From Halomicronema hongdechloris C2206 (GTDB lineage: Bacteria > Cyanobacteriota > Cyanobacteriia > Phormidesmidales > Phormidesmidaceae): a stretch of DNA of 32,000 nucleotides. The stretch spans positions 3,690,001-3,722,000 of the forward strand of contig NZ_CP021983.2 of assembly GCF_002075285.3 (NCBI RefSeq). The letters are read 5' to 3'. This document shows, in pieces, positions 26,580 through 32,000 of this stretch. The position numbers were made by a program, and so were the translations under genes. Positions within the stretch are counted from its first letter, which is position 1. Every line of letters starts with the position of its first letter. Under the pieces are notes generated by a model, which worked only from the letters and a program-made list of their open reading frames with translations, was not told the DNA's origin and did no database searches.

Positions 26580-29312
26580 CTAGGATTCCTTGTCTTTACG
26601 GGCGGTGGAACTCTTGGCCGAAGGATTGCTTTTCCGTGACGCCGCCGTCTTTGAGCTACGACCTTTGGTCCGTCCTCCCTTAGCACTGGTCCCCTTCTTG
26701 GCAGTGCCCCCCTTCGAGGTACCGCTCTTCGACGTACTGCCTTTGGTGGAGCGACGCTTAGTCTTCGTCGTCGCCGCCTTGGCCGCCAACAGCCCTAGGG
26801 CCTGCTCCAGAGTAACGTTCTCCACCGAGGTGTCCTCCGGCAGGGAAGCATTCACCTTGCCATGTTTAACGTAGTGGCCATAGGGACCGTCATACACCGC
26901 AACCAACTCGCCATCGTCCGGATGCTGACCCAGCTCCCGCAGCGGTGTGGCTGATTTGCGCCGTCCTCGCCGGCCCTTCGGTTCAGCTAATAACTCTAGG
27001 GCGCGAGCCAAATCTACGGTGAGGACATCGTCATTCTTTTTCAGCGACCGATAATCCTTACCCTCTTTGCCTTGATCATGGACCACATAGGGGCCAAATC
27101 GACCCAGTCCAGCTTTCACCGGGGCATTGGTTTCAGGGTGATATCCCAGCGTTCGAGGCAGGGAAAGCAGCCCCACAGCTATCTCCAGGGTGACATCATC
27201 TGGAGTCATGCCCTTAGGCAAAGAGGCTCGCTTCGGCTTGGGCCGATCGTCGGTAGCTTCTCCTAACTGCACATAGGGGCCGTAGGCGCCTACCAACACG
27301 AAAATAGGTTCCCCCGTGTCTGGATGCAGTCCCACCTTGTCGGGCCCCTCAGTCTTTTGCTTCAGCAGCATCTCGACTTGGTCTGCATCCAAATCAGCTG
27401 GCGTCATATCATTGGGAATAGACGCCCGGACCGAGTCACCATTATTCTCGGCCTCGATGTAAGGGCCATAGCGGCCAATGCGCACCGTTGCCTCAAGACC
27501 ATTCAGATCAACTGTACGGGCCTGCTGTGGGTCAATCTGGTTTTCCCGTTGCTGCACCTGTTGCTCTAAGCCATCATTGCCGCTATAAAACTCACGCAGA
27601 TAGGGCAGCCAGTCGGCACTTCCGGTAGAGATTTCGTCTAAAGTTTGCTCCATGCGAGCCGTGAAGCCTTCATCTACTAAATCAGGAAAGTGATTTTCCA
27701 ACAGAGAGGTGACGGCAAAGGCTGTAAAGGTGGGGATCAAACTGTTGTTAGCTAATTGAGCGTAGCCCCGATCGATGATGGTGCCAATCACCGTGGCATA
27801 GGTGCTAGGCCGACCAATCCCCTCACTCTCTAGGGTTTTTACCAACGTGGCTTCGGTATAGCGGGCCGGCGGTTGAGTTTCGTGGCCAATGGCCTCCAAC
27901 TCGGTGCAACTGACGGGATCAGCGACTGCCATCGGTGGCAAAATTACTTCTTGATCGTCTAAAGCCGCATCGGGATCATCGGACCCTTCTACATAGGCGC
28001 GAAAGAAGCCCGGAAAATCAATGCGCTTGCCTGTCGCCCGAAAGGTGGCGTTGTCGACATCAATGGTAGCGGTCACATGGGTTTGGCGGGCATTGGCCAT
28101 CTGGGTCGCCACTGTCCGCTTCCAGATCAAATCATAGAGGGCTAACTCTCGGCCAGACAGACCGGTTTCCTGGGGAGTACGAAAGGTACTACCGGCAGGG
28201 CGAATCGCTTCGTGAGCCTCCTGGGCGCCCTTACTCTTAGTGGCATACTGACGGGGCTTGGGACTGAGGTAATTGTGACCGTATTTCTGCTCCACACAGC
28301 TGCGAGCTGCTGCAATCGCCTGCTCGGACAAATGCACCGAGTCCGTTCGCATGTAGGTGATATAGCCCTGCTCGTAGAGACTTTGGGCAATGCGCATGGT
28401 GTCTCGGGCCGAGAGCCGCAGTTTGCGGTTGGATTCCTGCTGTAGGGTTGAGGTGGTAAAGGGAGCTGATGGTTTCCGGGTAGCCGGACGTTCTTCTAGA
28501 TTGCTAACGGTCCAACCCCCAGCTTGTAGGCGCTCTCTCAGGGCATTGGCCTCAGCTTCATGCAGCAAGACGACCTGGCGGCCGGCAGCAACTTGTCCGG
28601 TATTTTCGTCAAAATCACTGCCAGTCGCTAGGCGAGTACCGTCTAGGGCCACCAACTTGGCCTCGAAGGGGGACTCGGAGGCCAATAGGGTTGCTTTTAA
28701 ATCCCAATAGCTACCCTTGCGGAAGGCCCGACGGGCTTGCTCCCGTTTTACCAGGAGCTTTACGGCAACTGACTGGACCCGTCCAGCCGATAATCCCCAG
28801 GCGATCTTTTTCCAGAGCAATGGCGATAGGGTATAGCCCACCAACCGATCGAGAATGCGGCGCGTTTCTTGGGCCCGGACCAGCTGATCGTTGATGTTGC
28901 GGCAGTTGGTCAAGGCTACCTGAATCGCCTCCTCGGTGATCTCATGGAACACCATGCGCTTGATGGGTACCTTGGGTTTTAAGACCTGCAGTAGGTGCCA
29001 GCTAATGCTCTCCCCTTCTCGGTCTTCATCGGTTGCCAAGACTAATTCATTCGCCTCTTTCAGCGCTGCCTTCAGCTCCTTAACCACCTTTTTCTTGTCA
29101 CTGGGCACTACGTAGAGGGGTTCAAAATCAGCGTCGGGATTGACCCCTAGCTGAGCCCACTTTTCCCCCTTAACAGCAGGCGGGATTTCACTGGCTGACT
29201 TGGGCAGATCTCGCACGTGTCCCATAGAGGCCTCGACTCGGTAGTCCGAGGGCAAGTAGTTGCGGATAGTTCTGGCTTTAGTCGGCGACTCAACGATGAC
29301 AAGAGTTGACAT
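26580..29312 (-). CDS. topA: DNA topoisomerase I
   Basis: ATG at 29312. Toprim start [25 protein letters not shown], active-site region [10 protein letters not shown]. Four C-terminal G-x-x-GPY-type repeats and a K/S/T/G-rich tail. Confidence 0.95.
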   Translation of the reverse strand: MSTLVIVESPTKARTIRNYLPSDYRVEASMGHVRDLPKSASEIPPAVKGEKWAQLGVNPDADFEPLYVVPSDKKKVVKELKAALKEANELVLATDEDREGESISWHLLQVLKPKVPIKRMVFHEITEEAIQVALTNCRNINDQLVRAQETRRILDRLVGYTLSPLLWKKIAWGLSAGRVQSVAVKLLVKREQARRAFRKGSYWDLKATLLASESPFEAKLVALDGTRLATGSDFDENTGQVAAGRQVVLLHEAEANALRERLQAGGWTVSNLEERPATRKPSAPFTTSTLQQESNRKLRLSARDTMRIAQSLYEQGYITYMRTDSVHLSEQAIAAARSCVEQKYGHNYLSPKPRQYATKSKGAQEAHEAIRPAGSTFRTPQETGLSGRELALYDLIWKRTVATQMANARQTHVTATIDVDNATFRATGKRIDFPGFFRAYVEGSDDPDAALDDQEVILPPMAVADPVSCTELEAIGHETQPPARYTEATLVKTLESEGIGRPSTYATVIGTIIDRGYAQLANNSLIPTFTAFAVTSLLENHFPDLVDEGFTARMEQTLDEISTGSADWLPYLREFYSGNDGLEQQVQQRENQIDPQQARTVDLNGLEATVRIGRYGPYIEAENNGDSVRASIPNDMTPADLDADQVEMLLKQKTEGPDKVGLHPDTGEPIFVLVGAYGPYVQLGEATDDRPKPKRASLPKGMTPDDVTLEIAVGLLSLPRTLGYHPETNAPVKAGLGRFGPYVVHDQGKEGKDYRSLKKNDDVLTVDLARALELLAEPKGRRGRRKSATPLRELGQHPDDGELVAVYDGPYGHYVKHGKVNASLPEDTSVENVTLEQALGLLAAKAATTKTKRRSTKGSTSKSGTSKGGTAKKGTSAKGGRTKGRSSKTAASRKSNPSAKSSTARKDKES

Positions 29313-29702
29313 AGAGCTGGTTCAACGGCCTCCGAAATCGCTCGCTTGCTGGATGGATATGGCTTCTTTGTACCTCTGACGGATCACGTGACTGTATCCT
29401 GTCCGAACGATCAGCATCAATGGGTCAGCCAGGTCAACAGTCAGCCAGATGACAGATCTTCCCTGATCTATAACTGAGAAGGTCAGGTGGTTACCACTCT
29501 ACTGCACGGTCTGGGAAAAGATCGATGGCCCTTGCTAGCAGTGATGACTGAACCGAGCCACTGGCTGCCGCACCGTAGCGGCCGCTTATGGATGGAGGCT
29601 GTCATCTCCGGGTAACTGAAAAACTGTCGGTTGATCAGCACCAGGGCTAGGTCGTTACCGTAGGACAGTGGCCCTGTGGCCCAGGACATTAGCTGAGAAA
29701 TC

Positions 29703-29716
29703 AGGTGATATCACCT
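29703..29716. promoter_or_regulatory. Perfect 14-bp palindrome AGGTGATATCACCT in the topA-ndhB divergent intergenic region (candidate dimeric regulator site)
   Basis: Exact self-complementarity read from the sequence, 152 nt upstream of the ndhB ATG. I recognise no known operator consensus. Confidence 0.2.
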
Positions 29717-29867
29717 CATAGGTAAAAATACGCGATAAGATGCCAGGTATACAATTGTTCAAGTTTCTCTGGGCAGTCTTTACAATGACGTTGCTGGAAA
29801 GCCGATGGAAGCTTGGGCCGGTCAATACATTACGTTTTGTTGAATCCAGTTCGAGGGATCAGTCTCC

Positions 29868-31433
29868 ATGGATGTTGTCAACCTTAGTGCGCAGCTTAAT
29901 GCAGCGGCCATTTTGCCAGAGGGCATTGTCATCCTTACCCTATTGGCAGTTCTGGTCGGAGATCTGATTGTCGGGCGCTCGTCGGCCCGATGGACTCCTT
30001 ACGTTGCGATCGCAGGTCTCCTCGTCGCCCTCGTCGCCTTGGTCTTCCAATGGGACATTGACAACCCCATTGCCTTCCTGGGGGGATTTAATGGAGACGC
30101 CCTCAGCGTTGTCTTCCGAGGCATCATTGTATTATCGGCAGCCGTCACGGTTCCCATGTCGGTGCGCTATGTGGAGCAATCAGGCACCTCTCTGGCCGAG
30201 TTTCTGGTGATTCTCATGGCGGCCACCCTGGGCGGCATGTTCCTCACCGGGGCTGATGAACTGGTGATGGTCTTTGTCTCCTTAGAAACCCTGGGTATTG
30301 CTTCCTATCTCCTCACCGGTTATATGAAGCGAGATCCCCGCTCCAATGAGGCCGCGCTTAAGTATCTGCTCATTGGGGCCGCCAGCTCTGCCATCTTTCT
30401 CTATGGTGTTTCTCTGCTCTACGGTCTGTCGGGAGGCCAAACCCGCCTGACAGAAATTGCCAATACGGTCCTGGCGGAAGGAGGCGATGCCCCCATTGGC
30501 CTGATCGTCGCCTTGGTCTTCGTCATTGCTGGCATTGCCTTCAAAATTGCCGCTGTCCCCTTCCACCAATGGACTCCTGACGTCTACGAAGGGTCCCCCA
30601 CCCCTGTGGTAGCCTTCCTATCGGTAGGGTCCAAAGCAGCCGGCTTTGCCCTAGCGATTCGACTGCTAGTGACAGCATTTCCAGCAGTTTCCCAGCAATG
30701 GCAATTTGTCTTTACCGCCCTAGCCATTCTCAGCATGGTGCTCGGTAACGTTGTCGCCCTGGCCCAAACCAGTATGAAGCGGCTATTGGCCTATTCTTCA
30801 ATTGGTCAGGCAGGTTTTGTCATGATTGGCCTGGTTATCGGCACCGAAGCCGGCTATGCCAGCATGATCTTCTACCTGCTGATTTATCTGTTCATGAACC
30901 TGGGCGGTTTCATTTGCGTCATCTTGTTCTCCCTACGCACCGGCACCGATCAGATCAGCGAATACAGTGGTCTCTATCAGAAAGATCCCCTATTAACCTT
31001 GGGTCTGAGTATTTGTCTGCTCTCCTTGGGAGGGATTCCGCCTCTGGCCGGATTTTTTGGTAAGCTCTACATTTTTTGGGCCGGTTGGCAGGCTGGAGCC
31101 TATGGCCTAGTGCTGGTGGGTCTACTCACTAGTGTTGTCTCTATCTATTACTACATCCGAGTCATCAAGATGATGGTGGTGAAGGAGCCCCATGAGATGT
31201 CTGATGCCGTCAAAGACTACCCCGAAATCTGTTGGACCTTACCAGGTATGCGGCCTCTTCAGGTCAGCTTGGTCTTAACGGTCGTTGTTACCTCACTAGC
31301 AGGGGTGCTGTCCAATCCCTTATTCACTCTAGCCAACAACTCAGTCACCCATACGCCGCTACTACAATCAGCCCTCACGCCGACTAATGCTGAGCAAGTG
31401 TCCCTGCAGTCATCCCAGCTGTCTGGGGACTGA
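29868..31433 (+). CDS. ndhB: NAD(P)H-quinone oxidoreductase (NDH-1) subunit 2
   Basis: ATG at 29868. [26 protein letters not shown] start, [23 protein letters not shown] motif, 521 aa polytopic protein. Confidence 0.95.
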   Translation: MDVVNLSAQLNAAAILPEGIVILTLLAVLVGDLIVGRSSARWTPYVAIAGLLVALVALVFQWDIDNPIAFLGGFNGDALSVVFRGIIVLSAAVTVPMSVRYVEQSGTSLAEFLVILMAATLGGMFLTGADELVMVFVSLETLGIASYLLTGYMKRDPRSNEAALKYLLIGAASSAIFLYGVSLLYGLSGGQTRLTEIANTVLAEGGDAPIGLIVALVFVIAGIAFKIAAVPFHQWTPDVYEGSPTPVVAFLSVGSKAAGFALAIRLLVTAFPAVSQQWQFVFTALAILSMVLGNVVALAQTSMKRLLAYSSIGQAGFVMIGLVIGTEAGYASMIFYLLIYLFMNLGGFICVILFSLRTGTDQISEYSGLYQKDPLLTLGLSICLLSLGGIPPLAGFFGKLYIFWAGWQAGAYGLVLVGLLTSVVSIYYYIRVIKMMVVKEPHEMSDAVKDYPEICWTLPGMRPLQVSLVLTVVVTSLAGVLSNPLFTLANNSVTHTPLLQSALTPTNAEQVSLQSSQLSGD

Positions 31434-31535
31434 GTCTCTGATGGGGGGGCTAAACCACCTTTAAATCTGTCGTTGACAGGTGGTCTACGCTAAGTTGGCT
31501 CCTATCCCCGTAGCGACCCTATCGCCACCTGCTCC

Positions 31536-32000
31536 ATGTCCAAACTGAACCTGCGCAGCCGTCTATTGCTATCTCACTTAATGGTGATGGCGGTGGGTAT
31601 TGTGACACTGGCTAGCGTCAGCTGGATTTACTCCCCCAAGCTTTTTATCATCACGTTGCAGCGCATTGAACGCTACGGTATTGGCGTGCGCCAGGTGCGA
31701 ACCGATTTGATTCAGGGGTTTGAGTCAGCCTGGGCCCGAGGCATGACTTGGTCAATTTTGCTGGGGGGAGGAGCTGCCGGTAGCCTCAGTTTTTTATTAT
31801 CCCGGCGCATTGTGCAGCCTCTGCTGCAACTAGAACAGGTGACCCGTAAATTTGCCACAGGGGACTTAGAGGAGCGGGTACCCGCATCCGATATCCCTGA
31901 ACTCGATCAGCTGGCCACCAGTTTCAACCGCATGGCCGATGATCTGGCTGGCGTCGAGCAGCGACGGCGAGAACTCATCGGCGATTTGACCCACGAATTA
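31536..32000 (+). CDS. Sensor histidine kinase, N-terminal part (2 TM helices, HAMP, start of HisKA H-box); 3' end lies outside the window
   Basis: Not in the track because it has no stop in the window. ATG at 31536, open for 155 codons to the edge. HAMP-like RRIVQPLLQLEQVTRKFATGDLEERVP...LATSFNRMADDL, then ELIGDLTHEL (H-box). Confidence 0.8.
   Translation, partial: MSKLNLRSRLLLSHLMVMAVGIVTLASVSWIYSPKLFIITLQRIERYGIGVRQVRTDLIQGFESAWARGMTWSILLGGGAAGSLSFLLSRRIVQPLLQLEQVTRKFATGDLEERVPASDIPELDQLATSFNRMADDLAGVEQRRRELIGDLTHEL

Noticed and set aside
29483-29967. ORFs 29483..29689(-) and 29740..29967(+) upstream of ndhB
   Set aside because: The second overlaps the verified ndhB start in another frame. 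Both lack RBS and family resemblance, and both lie in a region better explained as promoters and leaders.

Overview
The window reads as a cyanobacterial chromosomal segment. Evidence: 19 perfect copies of the HIP1 octamer GCGATCGC, plus ndhB, petL, vipp1, plant-type glycerate kinase and a DUF3352 protein. I can support about 28 protein genes, mostly housekeeping. In order they are: the 3' part of a principal-type sigma factor; lexA; a DUF3352 protein; glycerate 3-kinase; a STAS antagonist convergent with an amidohydrolase -> receiver-PP2C phosphatase pair; a CocE/NonD hydrolase; hisB; aroB; petL (30 codons, too short for the ORF track); a three-gene polysaccharide module (GT4 initiating transferase, CapD/WbpM-like dehydratase, O-antigen-ligase-like protein); a Uma2-family nuclease; uvrC; a single-domain receiver; a class I/II aminotransferase; vipp1; a solute symporter; HU; cobD; topA; ndhB; and the 5' part of a HAMP histidine kinase. 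I saw no rRNA, tRNA, CRISPR array, transposase, integrase or recognisable defence gene, so I cannot point to a clear novel multi-gene system. Items worth a second look: (1) both receiver domains in the window carry Asn at the phospho-acceptor position, one fused to a PP2C phosphatase that follows an amidohydrolase gene by 1 nt and faces a STAS gene; (2) a ~640 nt non-coding island at 22686-23327 with a GC-rich, hairpin-rich segment, two different heptanucleotide tandem arrays and strong strand asymmetry; (3) a full-consensus LexA box upstream of lexA; (4) several small repeats and palindromes. The ORF track extends ORFs to GTG/TTG codons printed as M, so I re-checked start codons against the DNA and adjusted some.
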